Below, in pieces: positions 32,746 to 43,045 of a stretch of 44,489 nt of DNA. Source of the DNA: Candidatus Moraniibacteriota bacterium (GTDB taxonomy: Bacteria; Patescibacteriota; Minisyncoccia; Moranbacterales; UBA9337). The DNA lies in assembly GCA_034003925.1 (NCBI GenBank), contig JAVEXR010000001.1, forward strand, positions 14,966-59,454, in the 5' to 3' direction. The stretch's first letter is position 1; every line of letters begins with the position of its first letter. The position numbers and the translations under genes are program-made. Below the pieces are notes generated by a model that ran no database searches, was not told the origin of the DNA, and saw only the letters and a program-made list of their open reading frames with translations.

Positions 32746-32790
32746 TTGGTCACTCAGACGCACGTGCGTCTAGATGACCAATAATTTTTT
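32746..32790 (+). terminator. Long hairpin plus T-run downstream of the GH1 gene
   Basis: TTGGTCACTCAGACGCAC / GTGCGTCTAGATGACCAA, an 18-nt pair of arms with 2-3 mismatches centred on CACGTG, then TAATTTTTT. Confidence 0.65.
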
Positions 32791-32907
32791 GTAATTATGA
32801 TTCATAAACCGTAAATCTTAAATCATGCGTATTTTTCATCAAGCAATGAGATTGCCACGCAATTTTTGAGTACAAAAAATACTCGCAATGACGAGGCGGA
32901 AAAGGGG

Positions 32908-32934
32908 GTGACATTTATCTAAAAATGGTATAAT
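32908..32934 (+). promoter_or_regulatory. Promoter candidate for uvrA
   Basis: GTGACA, then a 15-nt spacer that ends in TGg, then TATAAT (32929-32934). Confidence 0.5.
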
Positions 32935-32980
32935 ATAGATAGACGATTAAATTTGAATTGAGATCCCCGCATGCGCGAGG

Positions 32981-35821
32981 ATGACAAGAAATATGAAAGA
33001 CAGAATTTTTGTAAAGGGAGCCAGAGAACATAATCTCAAAAATGTGGATCTGGAAATTCCTCGAAATAAATTAACCGTATTTACAGGACTTTCGGGCTCA
33101 GGCAAGAGTACCTTGGCTTTTGATACTATTTTTGCCGAGGGTCAGAGAAGGTATCTGGAGAGCTTATCTAGCTATGCCCGGCAGTTTTTGGGACAAATGG
33201 ATAAGCCGGATGTAGATTATATCGAGGGCTTGAGTCCGGCGATATCAATTGATCAAAAATCAGTTTCCAGAAATCCGCGTTCAACTGTGGGAACTATTAC
33301 TGAGATCCATGATTATTTGCGCTTGCTTTATGCTAAGATTGGTATTCCGCATTGTCCTGAGTGCGGGCGAGAAATTAGCAAGATGTCAATTGACGAGATT
33401 GTTGACCGTGCGCTTGAATTTGGAGCTAATAAAGAAATTGAAATCATCGCTCCGATAGTAAGAAAAAGAAAAGGAGAATATAGCACGCTTTTAGAAAATA
33501 TGTTTAAAAGCGGTTATTCCACCGCTAGAGTAAATGGAGAGGAGATTAAATTAACTGATTGGAAAGAAGTAAAGCTAGCCAGATATAAAAAACATAACAT
33601 TGATATAATCGTTGATAAGCTCAAAGTAAATGATGAAAATCTTAGTCGGATATTTGAAGGTATCGAGCGGGCTTTAAAGATTGCCTCTGGGATTGTGACT
33701 ATCAAAAACGGTAAAAAGGAGAGTTCTTTTAATCAAAATTTAGCTTGTCCAATTCACGAAATAGAGTTTCCTGAACTAGAACCTCGTTTGTTTTCTTTTA
33801 ACTCTCCCTTTGGCGCTTGTGAAGCTTGTGAGGGTCTAGGAACTAAGAAAGAATTGGACGAAAAACTAATCATACCGGACAAAAATAAAACCATCGGCGA
33901 AGGGGCGATTTTGCCTTGGAGTTATAAGTCCAATAATTATCTGGGGACTATTATGCGTTCTGTGACTAATTATTATCACATTGCCGAAAACAAAAGACTT
34001 AAGGATTTAAGTAAAAAAGATTTAGACATTTTGCTTTATGGCACAGAAGACAAAGATGTAATCAGTGTAAAATATCATTTTCGTACTGGAGTGCGGGAAT
34101 ATTTTATGACCTGGAAAGGCATTATTGGCTGGATGGATGACCGTTATCATAAAACCACCTCTGAAGCGGTGAGAAATGACATTGAAAAATATATGAGTCA
34201 AAATCCATGTTCGACTTGCAAAGGTAGTCGGTACAAGAAAGAAGTTTTATTGGTCAAAGTGGGTAAGAAAAATATCGACGAAGTTTCTCGGGAAAATATT
34301 GCTGATGCTTTAGAATTTTTTAAAAATTTAAAATTAACTTCGACAGAAAAATTGATTGGTAGTCGAATAGTGCAGGAAATTATCAATCGGTTGACTTTTT
34401 TAAATGACGTTGGTCTAAATTATATCACTCTGTCGCGAGGAGCTAAGACGCTTAGTGGGGGAGAGTCACAGAGAATAAGACTGGCTTCGCAAATCGGATC
34501 TCAATTGGTAGGAGTACTGTATATCCTAGATGAGCCCTCTATCGGTCTGCATGCTCGTGACAATGCCAAACTTCTGGAAACTTTAAAAAATTTAAAAAAA
34601 CTAGGCAATACTGTGATTGCTATCGAACATGATGAAGAAACGATGCGAGGAGCGGATTATCTTGTAGATATCGGTCCGGGTGCTGGCAAGCACGGAGGGG
34701 AAATTGTGGCAGCTGGTACTCCGGAAGAAGTGATGAAAAACAAAAGATCTGTCACTGCCCAGTATCTAAACGGTACTATGAAAATTGAAATTCCTCACTT
34801 GAGACGAAAGGCTTTTAACAAAAAAGTTATCACCTTAAAAGGAGCTAGGGAAAACAATTTAAAAAATCTAAATGTAGATTTCCCACTTAATACTTTCACT
34901 TGTGTGACCGGGGTTTCTGGCAGCGGTAAATCTACCCTAGTTAAGGATACGTTTTATAAAGCTCTATCTAATAAATTGCATAAAACTCTCGAAATCCCAG
35001 GGGCTCATCAAGAACTAGTCGGAGTGCATAATATTGATAAGATTATTATGGTTGACCAGGCGCCTATCGGACGCACTCCGCGCTCTAATCCAGCTACTTA
35101 CACGGGACTTTTTACTTTTATCCGGGATTTGTTCGCTACCACCAAGGATGCTAAAGCTCGGGGCTATAATCCAGGAAGGTTCTCCTTTAATGTTAATGGA
35201 GGGCGCTGTGACAACTGCAAGGGAGAAGGCTATTTAAAAATTGAAATGCAGTTTATGCCAGACGTTTATCTGCCTTGCGATGTGTGCAAAGGGAAGAGAT
35301 ATAATCGAGAAACTCTAGAGGTGAAATATAAAGGGAAAAATATTTCTGAAGTTTTGGCGATGACAGTGAGTGAAGCTTTGGAATTTTTTAAAAATTTTAC
35401 AATTATCTCAGATAAACTTCGAGTGCTTGAAGAGGTAGGATTGGGTTATATCGAATTGGGGCAAAGTGCTACGACTCTAAGTGGGGGAGAGGCTCAGCGA
35501 GTAAAACTAGCGACTGAACTTTCGCGCCGATCATTTGGACACAATATTTACATCTTGGATGAACCCACTACCGGACTGCACTTTGAAGATATTAAAAAAC
35601 TATTAGATATTCTTAATCGTCTAGTGGATGCTGGTAATACTGTGATTGTGATTGAACACAATATGGATATGATTAAGTCAGCTGATTGGATTATCGATCT
35701 TGGTCCTGAGGGTGGTGAAGGTGGAGGGAAAGTTATAGTCACCGGTACTCCCGAAGAGGTAGCCAAATGGCACAAAGAGAGTTATACTGGTAAGTATCTA
35801 AGAGAGGTTCTAAAAAAATAA
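32981..35821 (+). CDS. uvrA: Excinuclease ABC subunit A
   Basis: 946 aa with two ABC modules ([34 protein letters not shown]) and zinc modules ([25 protein letters not shown]). An alternative start is ATG 32993 ([17 protein letters not shown]). Confidence 0.97.
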   Translation: MTRNMKDRIFVKGAREHNLKNVDLEIPRNKLTVFTGLSGSGKSTLAFDTIFAEGQRRYLESLSSYARQFLGQMDKPDVDYIEGLSPAISIDQKSVSRNPRSTVGTITEIHDYLRLLYAKIGIPHCPECGREISKMSIDEIVDRALEFGANKEIEIIAPIVRKRKGEYSTLLENMFKSGYSTARVNGEEIKLTDWKEVKLARYKKHNIDIIVDKLKVNDENLSRIFEGIERALKIASGIVTIKNGKKESSFNQNLACPIHEIEFPELEPRLFSFNSPFGACEACEGLGTKKELDEKLIIPDKNKTIGEGAILPWSYKSNNYLGTIMRSVTNYYHIAENKRLKDLSKKDLDILLYGTEDKDVISVKYHFRTGVREYFMTWKGIIGWMDDRYHKTTSEAVRNDIEKYMSQNPCSTCKGSRYKKEVLLVKVGKKNIDEVSRENIADALEFFKNLKLTSTEKLIGSRIVQEIINRLTFLNDVGLNYITLSRGAKTLSGGESQRIRLASQIGSQLVGVLYILDEPSIGLHARDNAKLLETLKNLKKLGNTVIAIEHDEETMRGADYLVDIGPGAGKHGGEIVAAGTPEEVMKNKRSVTAQYLNGTMKIEIPHLRRKAFNKKVITLKGARENNLKNLNVDFPLNTFTCVTGVSGSGKSTLVKDTFYKALSNKLHKTLEIPGAHQELVGVHNIDKIIMVDQAPIGRTPRSNPATYTGLFTFIRDLFATTKDAKARGYNPGRFSFNVNGGRCDNCKGEGYLKIEMQFMPDVYLPCDVCKGKRYNRETLEVKYKGKNISEVLAMTVSEALEFFKNFTIISDKLRVLEEVGLGYIELGQSATTLSGGEAQRVKLATELSRRSFGHNIYILDEPTTGLHFEDIKKLLDILNRLVDAGNTVIVIEHNMDMIKSADWIIDLGPEGGEGGGKVIVTGTPEEVAKWHKESYTGKYLREVLKK

Positions 35822-35876
35822 AAAAATCTCTCTATCTATTGTATAAAATTGCTTTTTGGGGTTATTATTGTATCAA

Positions 35877-37325
35877 ATGAAAAAGTCTTATAGTTATTTA
35901 GTAATAGGAATAATTATAGGGGGAGTTTTATTATCTCCCGTTTTTGTTTTGGCAGGCGGAGTTTGTTATGTAGATAAAGATGTTGATGAAAGTGGGGACG
36001 GAAGTAACGATAAACCTTATAAAAAAATAGCTAAAGCAGTTGAGGAAGATTGCGGGGAAATAAATGTGGCTAAAGGAAAATACGAAGAGAATGTATCTCT
36101 AAAAAAAGGCGTTAAGTTGAAGGGAAATAGCAAGGACGGTACTATTATCGAAGGAAAAATTTCAATGAGTGACGGGGCTGAAATTAGCAAGCTGAGCGTG
36201 ATATCCGGAGGCGTAGATGTGGCGAGTGGGGCAGATGCGGATATTGAAAATGTAAGAGTAAAAGGGGCTAATATTGGGATAGTGACAGTGGGTGGAGGCA
36301 AGCTGACAGTTGATGGGGTTGTGATTTCAGAAAATAGAAAGGGTATGTATATTCAGTATGGCAAAAATGTAAAAATAACTAACTGTAAAGTTTACGATAA
36401 TAAAGAAGAAGGTTTAGATATTCGAGCAAATGTGGGGGGGTCAATTAATAGCAATGAGATTTATAGTAATGGGGAAAGTGGAATCGAGGTTATTTTAGGA
36501 AAATCAGAATTAAGCATTGTCAATAATTCAATTAAAAAAAATGGAGCTAGCGGTATTGCGGCTCAATTTTATAGTGATACGGATGACAAGGGTGATGTGA
36601 ATATCAAAAACAATCTGATTTCTGGCAATAAAAATTATGGATTAGATTGTAAAGCTCCCAGTGGAGGAGATGGCAAACCCAAAGGTTATTGGGCGGATTC
36701 AATGGATCTGACTTCTAATAAAGTATTTGATAATAAAAAGAATGATTTTTCTTCGTCTTGTAAATTTGATGAAGATAAAATATTGGATGCTACTAAAACT
36801 AAAGAAGAAAGAGAGGCGGAAAGATTGGCACTAGAAGAAAAAGAGAAAAAACAGATTATCTCAGTAGAGGAAAAGGATGAATTGGAAGAAATCAAAGTTC
36901 AACAAGAAGAGGAAAATAGAATAGCTCAAAAAGATAGGGAAGAAAAGGCTAATTTGGATACTATCTTTAAAGAGGCTGAAAAATTATTCACAGAGGATGA
37001 AATAACTGAAAATGAAATAAAAAATCGAAATAACTTTTTAAAATTTTTGATAGGTGAAGATTATAAGAAGATAAAAGGCCTAGAAGCTAGGATGCCAGTT
37101 TATGATGAAAAAATAGAAGCTATGGAGGAAAAAAAGGAAGTTATTGTGGATGAAAATATTTTAAAAGAAGTAAGTAACGATATTTCTACTTTGCAAGAGA
37201 AGAGAGAAGATTTAGCAGATTTTATTCAAAATAGAAATAAAGATTTCAGTGTATGGGGATGGCTATTTGAAAAAATTTATCTTTCTAATGATAAAACTAT
37301 CTTTCGATTCTTTGCGTTTAGTTAG
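35877..37325 (+). CDS. Secreted right-handed parallel beta-helix (PbH1/NosD-like) protein with a C-terminal acidic coiled coil
   Basis: The track ORF begins at TTG 35856, but the ATG at 35877 gives a signal/anchor (MKKSYSYLVIGIIIGGVLLSPVFVLAGG). PbH1-like turns repeat (N..I..N...GI). An E/K-rich coiled-coil tail follows. Confidence 0.75.
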   Translation: MKKSYSYLVIGIIIGGVLLSPVFVLAGGVCYVDKDVDESGDGSNDKPYKKIAKAVEEDCGEINVAKGKYEENVSLKKGVKLKGNSKDGTIIEGKISMSDGAEISKLSVISGGVDVASGADADIENVRVKGANIGIVTVGGGKLTVDGVVISENRKGMYIQYGKNVKITNCKVYDNKEEGLDIRANVGGSINSNEIYSNGESGIEVILGKSELSIVNNSIKKNGASGIAAQFYSDTDDKGDVNIKNNLISGNKNYGLDCKAPSGGDGKPKGYWADSMDLTSNKVFDNKKNDFSSSCKFDEDKILDATKTKEEREAERLALEEKEKKQIISVEEKDELEEIKVQQEEENRIAQKDREEKANLDTIFKEAEKLFTEDEITENEIKNRNNFLKFLIGEDYKKIKGLEARMPVYDEKIEAMEEKKEVIVDENILKEVSNDISTLQEKREDLADFIQNRNKDFSVWGWLFEKIYLSNDKTIFRFFAFS

Positions 37326-38280
37326 TAATTTCTTCCATCTTTATATTAGCCACACCCTGACCCAATGAGGCAATTTGCTCAAAGGCCACTTTATCTAAGT
37401 CAATAATACGATTAGGGCCGAAAGGTCCGCGATCATTGATTTTTACGATGACTGATTTGCCGTTGTCTTTGTTGGTAACCTTGACATAGCTACCCATGGG
37501 AAGCCAAGGATTAGCGGCCGCCATGGTTCCAGTATGAGCGTACCAACTTGCTAAGCCAGTGTGTGATTTGCCTAGCTTCACGTAGGTGCCTTGGGTCACT
37601 ACTTTGTCTACTGGCTCTTTGGTAATGACAGTTTCTTTGACTTTGCGACTAACTTCTTTGCCATCGTGATAAGCCACCTCGTAGCGAATTTCTTTAATTC
37701 CCGTTTCTCCGGTCACTTCCACTTTTTTAGTGCGCCAGCTGAGTTTGTCATCTTCTTTTTCGATAGTTTTAAAATCAATATCCTTCTTTATAATTTCTTC
37801 TTTTATTTCTACGCGGGTAATTTTTACTTCTTCGTTATTATAAGCCAATGTTTTTCTTTCAGGTTTGACGAGATCTTCTTCACGGATGTTTAAATCGTTT
37901 TCAATAATTATTTCACCCACAGTTTTTCTGAAGCCAAAAATTTCTTTTTGTTCCTTATCTACGGAGATAATTAATTTTTTGGCTCTTTGAATTTTTATGA
38001 TATTGCCCGGAAAAAGAGGGGTTGTTTTATCTGGAAAAACCAAATCTTTTTCATTTAAAGTTATTTTTTCGGTATTTAAAAACTCTTCCACTGTAAGCGC
38101 GGTAGTTAAAAAATTCTTTTTTAAACCAGTGTCATCTAAAGTAATATTTTTTTCGCCGCTAGCAATGCCCAAAACCCGCTTCTCTTTAAAGAATAAAAAT
38201 TTACCAGTATAAAAACCACCCAAGATTATCAGTAGAAAAAAAAGATATTTAAGTTTTGATTTTTTGTTATTGCGTTTCAT
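37318..38280 (-). CDS. YabE/RpfB-like wall protein: DUF348 repeats, G5 domain, RlpA-like DPBB domain
   Basis: 320 aa with an N-terminal anchor. The G5 pattern is VEVTGETGIKEIRYEV..DGKEVSRK. The C-terminal DPBB is GLASWYAH.GTMAAANPWLPMGSYVKVTN..NGKSVIVKINDRGPFGPNRIIDLD. It has an 8-nt convergent overlap with the previous gene. Confidence 0.85.
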   Translation of the reverse strand: MKRNNKKSKLKYLFFLLIILGGFYTGKFLFFKEKRVLGIASGEKNITLDDTGLKKNFLTTALTVEEFLNTEKITLNEKDLVFPDKTTPLFPGNIIKIQRAKKLIISVDKEQKEIFGFRKTVGEIIIENDLNIREEDLVKPERKTLAYNNEEVKITRVEIKEEIIKKDIDFKTIEKEDDKLSWRTKKVEVTGETGIKEIRYEVAYHDGKEVSRKVKETVITKEPVDKVVTQGTYVKLGKSHTGLASWYAHTGTMAAANPWLPMGSYVKVTNKDNGKSVIVKINDRGPFGPNRIIDLDKVAFEQIASLGQGVANIKMEEITN

Positions 38281-38497
38281 TATCCAAGATTTTTTTATGG
38301 GTCAAATCTCTCCCGTGAGAAATTGAATTTTTGTAGAGTGCGTAACTATTAAATTATATCAGATTAATCTCTATTTTAGCATGGATCAGTATTTTTTTGT
38401 AGACATAGTAAAGATTGCATTTTTAGGCTTATTTGCTAATCTAAGAATACTGTAATAACGAGGTTGTCTAATTTTGGAAAACATCAAGGGGGGGGAG

Positions 38498-38788
38498 ATG
38501 GAAAAGTCTACAGGATTTTACGTATGTGAAATTTGTGGAATCAGTATTCCCAATGATTTAATGGGGTGTCCTATATGTAATCCTTTTAAGGATTTATTTC
38601 CAACCGACAATCATGACAAATCACTTTTTCCTAAACTGGAAAATGTGGATTGGGAAGAGGTTAGTAAGAGAAACAGAGATTTTTTTAGGAGTTTTGAACA
38701 AGAGATTAACTCTCGACATATCAATGCTGACAAAGCACCTGCTGAATTTCCAGTTGAAAAACTCAAAAGATTCCTTGGAGAAATTTGA
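38498..38788 (+). CDS. Small zinc-ribbon protein (CxxC...CxxC), unknown function
   Basis: The track starts at TTG 38474. The ATG at 38498 follows a G-rich SD-like run (AAGGGGGGGGAG). The motif is YVCEICG...GCPICN. A terminator follows at 38806-38840. Confidence 0.55.
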   Translation: MEKSTGFYVCEICGISIPNDLMGCPICNPFKDLFPTDNHDKSLFPKLENVDWEEVSKRNRDFFRSFEQEINSRHINADKAPAEFPVEKLKRFLGEI

Positions 38789-38805
38789 ATGCGAGCTGCA
38801 TCAAT

Positions 38806-38840
38806 GGGGTAGCCAATAAATTTGGCTATCCCGTTTTTTC
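38806..38840 (+). terminator. Rho-independent terminator after the zinc-ribbon gene
   Basis: GGGGTAGCCAA / TTGGCTATCCC stem followed by GTTTTTT. Confidence 0.75.
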
Positions 38841-38924
38841 ATAAATTCAAACGGTTGTTTTTGGTGAACATTTAAGGTAGAATATGTTCATAGGAGTAAC
38901 TTTTTAATTTTTTAAAACAAAAGT

Positions 38925-40766
38925 ATGTTGGGATTTATCGCAATCGTTTTGGTGGTGATTTTTTATGCTTCCATTTCGTCCAGAGTAAAGAAATTGGAGG
39001 AGAAAGTTTTAAGTGGAGCGGTTATAAGTAGTACTTCCCCCGTAGTAAATCCAGTTTCACAAAGTGCGTCAACTGATGTGCCAAAAGCTGCAGTGCAGGA
39101 TGAAATTTTATCTGGAACCCAACCCGTAGCTCCGCTCAGAAGCGAAACTGTTGATTATAAAATGCCGCTAGAAAAAAGTTCTTTAGAAAAATTTGGGGCG
39201 TGGTTAGCTGATGAATGGCCGCTAAAAGTAGGGATATTTTTATTAATTTTGGCAGTGGGTTGGTTTGTGACGTATGCTTTTATTAATGACTGGATTGGTG
39301 AGGTGGGACGGATTAGCTTAGGTGTTTTGTTTGGAATTGTGCTTTTATCAGCAGGTTATCATCGTGCTTCCATCCATCAAATACAAGGTAATGCTCTCTT
39401 GGTTTTGGGATCCACTTCTGTTTTGATTTCAATTATCTCTGGAATTGGCTTATATGATTTATTTCCAGCTTCAGTAGCTCTAGTTGTCGCTTTTATGCTG
39501 GCATCTTTTATGGCCTTAGCTGCTTGGCAACAAAAAAATGTGTCTTTGGGAGTGGTGACTTTTTTGATGGGCAGTATCGTGCCGATGTTTGTCTTTAGCG
39601 CAGTAGATATTTCAGTGATATTTCTTTATTTATTTGTGTTGACTGCCGGAACATTATGGATAACTAGCAAAACCGGCTGGAACTCTTTGAATATACTTTC
39701 TCTAGCGGTAGTGTTCTTTTATTCAGTGGCTTATGACAGTTTTGAAGGCTTTAGTGATGATTTTATGAATCTAGTATTCGCTTTTGTCTTTATATTGTTG
39801 TTTTATTTCTCTAATATTTTTACGATTTTATATAAGCGCTCAGCTAATGCCTATGATTTGGTGGTTGCTGGCGGAACCGGACTTTTATTTTTAGTATGGA
39901 TGCTGATGATTGCTCCCAAGGATTTACTTGTGTACCTAGTTGTTTTTGGAGCATTCCTTTTTGCTGTCGCCGCTTACATAATCTTTATTTTAACTAAGTC
40001 CAAAAATCCAGTCATCCTCTACGCAGCTGTGGCCCTGACTCTCTTGGTGAGCGCTACCGCTATCGAATTTAAGGGCTGGGAATTGACGGTAGCTTATGCG
40101 GTAGAATTTAGTTTGTTTATAATGATAAGTATGTATCTAAAGAGTCGAGGAGAAATAGCTAGCAGAGCTATTGAAACTTTTGGAATAATTCTCTATGTAT
40201 TTTTAATGTTGTTGAGTTTCAGTAATATTGAAAAAGTATTTAGTTATTTGAATTATCACAATTATGATCTAAATAGTTATCAAAGTAATTATTATGGAGC
40301 ACAAGTTACAAATATAAACAGTGATTTATTGGTGCTTTTCTTGTTGTGCATCATGTCTTTTATAATTGCCATTTTTGCTATGCAGGTTTTTCAGAAAAAT
40401 GAAGATAAACAGCTAAACCTAGTCCGTTTTTATGGGTTATTTGGTGGGTTTTATGCCGTAATGCTAACTTGGATAATGACACATCTGATATTTACAGATC
40501 AAACATTCGCTACGATAGCCTCATTGATAGTTTATACTATTGTGGGCGTAATTTTTTATGTAGTGGGCAAAAAGAATGATTATGGTTTCTATAAATCGGT
40601 TGGAGGAGTTTTATTTGGCATAGTTTTGGTTAGATTATTCTTTGTAGAGTTTGCGGGTATGGATATTGTGGGCAAGATAGTTACTTTCTTTGTGGTAGGT
40701 ATTTTACTTGTAAGTACTACATTTATAGGAGGAAAAAACAAAAGTGAAATCATTGATATTAATTAA
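38925..40766 (+). CDS. Polytopic membrane protein, DUF2339-like architecture
   Basis: 613 aa. A short N-terminal TM is followed by a helix (VKKLEEKV), a Pro/Ser/Ala linker and about 16 closely packed TM helices. This layout is typical of DUF2339 proteins as I recall them. Confidence 0.7.
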   Translation: MLGFIAIVLVVIFYASISSRVKKLEEKVLSGAVISSTSPVVNPVSQSASTDVPKAAVQDEILSGTQPVAPLRSETVDYKMPLEKSSLEKFGAWLADEWPLKVGIFLLILAVGWFVTYAFINDWIGEVGRISLGVLFGIVLLSAGYHRASIHQIQGNALLVLGSTSVLISIISGIGLYDLFPASVALVVAFMLASFMALAAWQQKNVSLGVVTFLMGSIVPMFVFSAVDISVIFLYLFVLTAGTLWITSKTGWNSLNILSLAVVFFYSVAYDSFEGFSDDFMNLVFAFVFILLFYFSNIFTILYKRSANAYDLVVAGGTGLLFLVWMLMIAPKDLLVYLVVFGAFLFAVAAYIIFILTKSKNPVILYAAVALTLLVSATAIEFKGWELTVAYAVEFSLFIMISMYLKSRGEIASRAIETFGIILYVFLMLLSFSNIEKVFSYLNYHNYDLNSYQSNYYGAQVTNINSDLLVLFLLCIMSFIIAIFAMQVFQKNEDKQLNLVRFYGLFGGFYAVMLTWIMTHLIFTDQTFATIASLIVYTIVGVIFYVVGKKNDYGFYKSVGGVLFGIVLVRLFFVEFAGMDIVGKIVTFFVVGILLVSTTFIGGKNKSEIIDIN

Positions 40767-40781
40767 TTTATCTTTGTAAAT

Positions 40782-41915
40782 ATGAAAATATTTTTTTTAA
40801 GTCTGGGGTTATTTTTAGCAGGGACAGTTTGGGCGAGTGATGACTTGAATATTGGAGAGTTAAAGAGCGCCTTCCGTTCTCGAGCTGAGATTGAAATTCC
40901 TCAAATTGTAGTGCCTACAGTGGTTGAAGCTGCTTTGGAATTTGAAAATAGGATAATGAATAATGTAATGGTCGTAGAAAAAGATTCTCAAAAACTCCAA
41001 CCGGTATTGGTTTTAAATAAAAATGTGATAGCAAAAAATAGTTTAAGCGCTAGTGATTCAATTGAGTCTAAAAATGCCAGTGTGTTAACTAACGATAATT
41101 TGGATGATTTCTTAGAATACCCAGCCTCCAATAATGGCAATGAACAAAAGGTTGTAATTAATATTAGCGCCACCGAAGATATAACTACCTCCGCTTTGAC
41201 TTTTTATTTAGATGAGTTTGTTTCCTTGCCAAGAAGTATCGAAATTATAGCAGTTATAGGTGGGGAAGAAAAAATTGTTTTAGGGAAAAGCAAAATGAAT
41301 AGCCGAACAATCAATTTTCCCAAGACAACTGCGCAAGAATTTAAATTGAGCTTGAATTATATTCAGCCCTTAAGGATTAGGGAACTTTCTTTTAATCAAG
41401 AAAACTTAAATATTTCTCAATTGAGCAGTTTCCGATTTTTAGCTCAGCCCAATAAAAAATATGAAGTATATTTTAATGCGGATAGATATGTGAGGGCTTA
41501 TCAAGGAGAAATGCCCAATTTGAGTGACAGTCGAGATGTGCTATCGATTAAAAAAACAGTAGCACTAAGTAACGATGTTTATGAAAAATCTGATGCTGAT
41601 AAAGATGGTGTAGCTGATGAAGTAGATAATTGTGTCAGAGTAGAAAACTCCGATCAAGAAGATTTAAACAATAACGGGCAAGGTGATGCTTGTGATGATT
41701 TTGACAGAGATGGTGTCATTAACCAAAATGATAATTGTCGAGATTTGATTAATCGAGATCAAAAAGATACTGACTTAGATGGTGTGGGGGATGTTTGCGA
41801 CGAAAAAGAAAATCGAATTTTACAAAATCAAAAATGGTTGCCGTTAGCACTTATTCTATTTGTAGCTGCAGTAGTAGGAATGTTTTTCTTTAAAACAATC
41901 AAAGCCAAAGAATAG
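40782..41915 (+). CDS. Secreted, C-terminally anchored protein with a discoidin-like region and thrombospondin type-3 Ca-binding repeats
   Basis: 377 aa with a signal peptide. It has four DxDxDGxxDxxDNC-type repeats (DADKDGVADEVDNC, NNNGQGDACDD, DRDGVINQNDNC, DTDLDGVGDVCDE) and a terminal TM. It starts 15 nt after the DUF2339-like gene. Confidence 0.75.
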   Translation: MKIFFLSLGLFLAGTVWASDDLNIGELKSAFRSRAEIEIPQIVVPTVVEAALEFENRIMNNVMVVEKDSQKLQPVLVLNKNVIAKNSLSASDSIESKNASVLTNDNLDDFLEYPASNNGNEQKVVINISATEDITTSALTFYLDEFVSLPRSIEIIAVIGGEEKIVLGKSKMNSRTINFPKTTAQEFKLSLNYIQPLRIRELSFNQENLNISQLSSFRFLAQPNKKYEVYFNADRYVRAYQGEMPNLSDSRDVLSIKKTVALSNDVYEKSDADKDGVADEVDNCVRVENSDQEDLNNNGQGDACDDFDRDGVINQNDNCRDLINRDQKDTDLDGVGDVCDEKENRILQNQKWLPLALILFVAAVVGMFFFKTIKAKE

Positions 41916-41952
41916 CTTGGTTTAACTAAAGAAAACGGGTTATATTTTAAAG

Positions 41953-41990
41953 CCTCAAGAGTTCTGTATGAATCTTGGGGTTTTATTATT
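41953..41990 (+). terminator. Rho-independent terminator after the TSP3-repeat gene
   Basis: CCTCAAGA / TCTTGGGG stem followed by TTTTATTATT. Confidence 0.7.
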
Positions 41991-42216
41991 GGTTAGAAAA
42001 AACACCGACCAAGATTGGTGTGACTGTCTCCTGTCCGGTAGGCAGGTTTATAAAATAATATTTTATCGCCAATAATTTTCTCACTAACTTTTTTGACAGC
42101 AAAAGAAGTTACCTACCTACCGGCAGGCAGGCAAAAAACTGCCACACGTACTACTAAAATAAATAAAGCTAACTCTCATCACTAAAACTTTGGGTTCCGC
42201 TTCGCTCCATGACAAA

Positions 42217-42271
42217 GTTTCTTAACGTTCCTTTCGAGCTGATTTATTTTATTTTATCCGTAAAGTGTGGA
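42217..42271. repeat. Noncoding backbone repeat, copy B, uninterrupted
   Basis: GTTTCTTAACGTTCCTTTCGAGCTG-ATTTATTTTATTTTATC-CGTAAAGTGTGGA is contiguous here. Confidence 0.8.
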
Positions 42272-42358
42272 CCTTGAATTCAGAGTATATTCAAGCTTAA
42301 AACCTGTAAAGCGAGTAAAATGAAAACCATTAGCATTGATTGCAGTTTCTATTTTAGT

Positions 42359-42387
42359 TTGACATTCGTTGATAAATATGGTATACT
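42359..42387 (+). promoter_or_regulatory. Consensus sigma70-type promoter of the orphan lipoprotein cassette
   Basis: TTGACA (42359-42364), exactly 17 nt, then TATACT (42382-42387). Confidence 0.65.
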
Positions 42388-42486
42388 TATATGTTGTAGT
42401 TAATTTGACAAATATAATTTTATAAATCCATCGGAAATGAGATTGTCAACGTTTTTAAGGTTTTTGGGCTCAAGGAGGGCCTCAAT

Positions 42487-43038
42487 ATGAGAAAAAACAT
42501 TATTTGGCTGGTCATTAGTGGTTTACTTCTGGCATTATTGAATGGTTGTGCCGGAGCGATGCCGGCAGTCCCTTATGACGAGTACCTCAAGACTCACCCC
42601 AAGGAAGTGAAACAAGCGCCTGCTCGTAGCCAGATTACCCACCTTCCCGGGGGAGGTGTCAGATATAACTCTTCCAATGGAGTGGGAATAGAGATGGAGA
42701 GCTATGAGGATGAATATGGGGAAGTGGATGTTGTCACTCCATTTTTTGGTGATAAGTCGCCCTCCTATAATCAGGGTCGTCGGGATGCTGAGATCGAAAT
42801 CCGATGGCAAATGGAGAACTCTGCTATAGATTTTGCCATCGCCAAGGGCGAAGCCGATGGTCGGCGAGGAGTTTATTCTCCTGGGGGAATTAACTTCAAA
42901 TTCCTTCGGGAATATCAAGAGGCGTTTGATAGCGCCAAAACCCAAGAGTCTCTGCAAGAGAACGAGCAGAGAAAAGATATGGAATACCAGCAGGGTTGGG
43001 ATGATGCTTTCGAGAAAGCGGGTGTCCCAAGCTACTAG
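42487..43038 (+). CDS. Orphan lipoprotein, G+C-richer than its neighbours
   Basis: 183 aa with a signal peptide and lipobox-like LLNGC. A strong SD, AGGAGG (42473-42478), lies 8 nt before the ATG. A consensus sigma70-type promoter lies upstream and a strong terminator downstream. No recognisable family. Confidence 0.8.
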   Translation: MRKNIIWLVISGLLLALLNGCAGAMPAVPYDEYLKTHPKEVKQAPARSQITHLPGGGVRYNSSNGVGIEMESYEDEYGEVDVVTPFFGDKSPSYNQGRRDAEIEIRWQMENSAIDFAIAKGEADGRRGVYSPGGINFKFLREYQEAFDSAKTQESLQENEQRKDMEYQQGWDDAFEKAGVPSY

Positions 43039-43045
43039 TTGTAAT

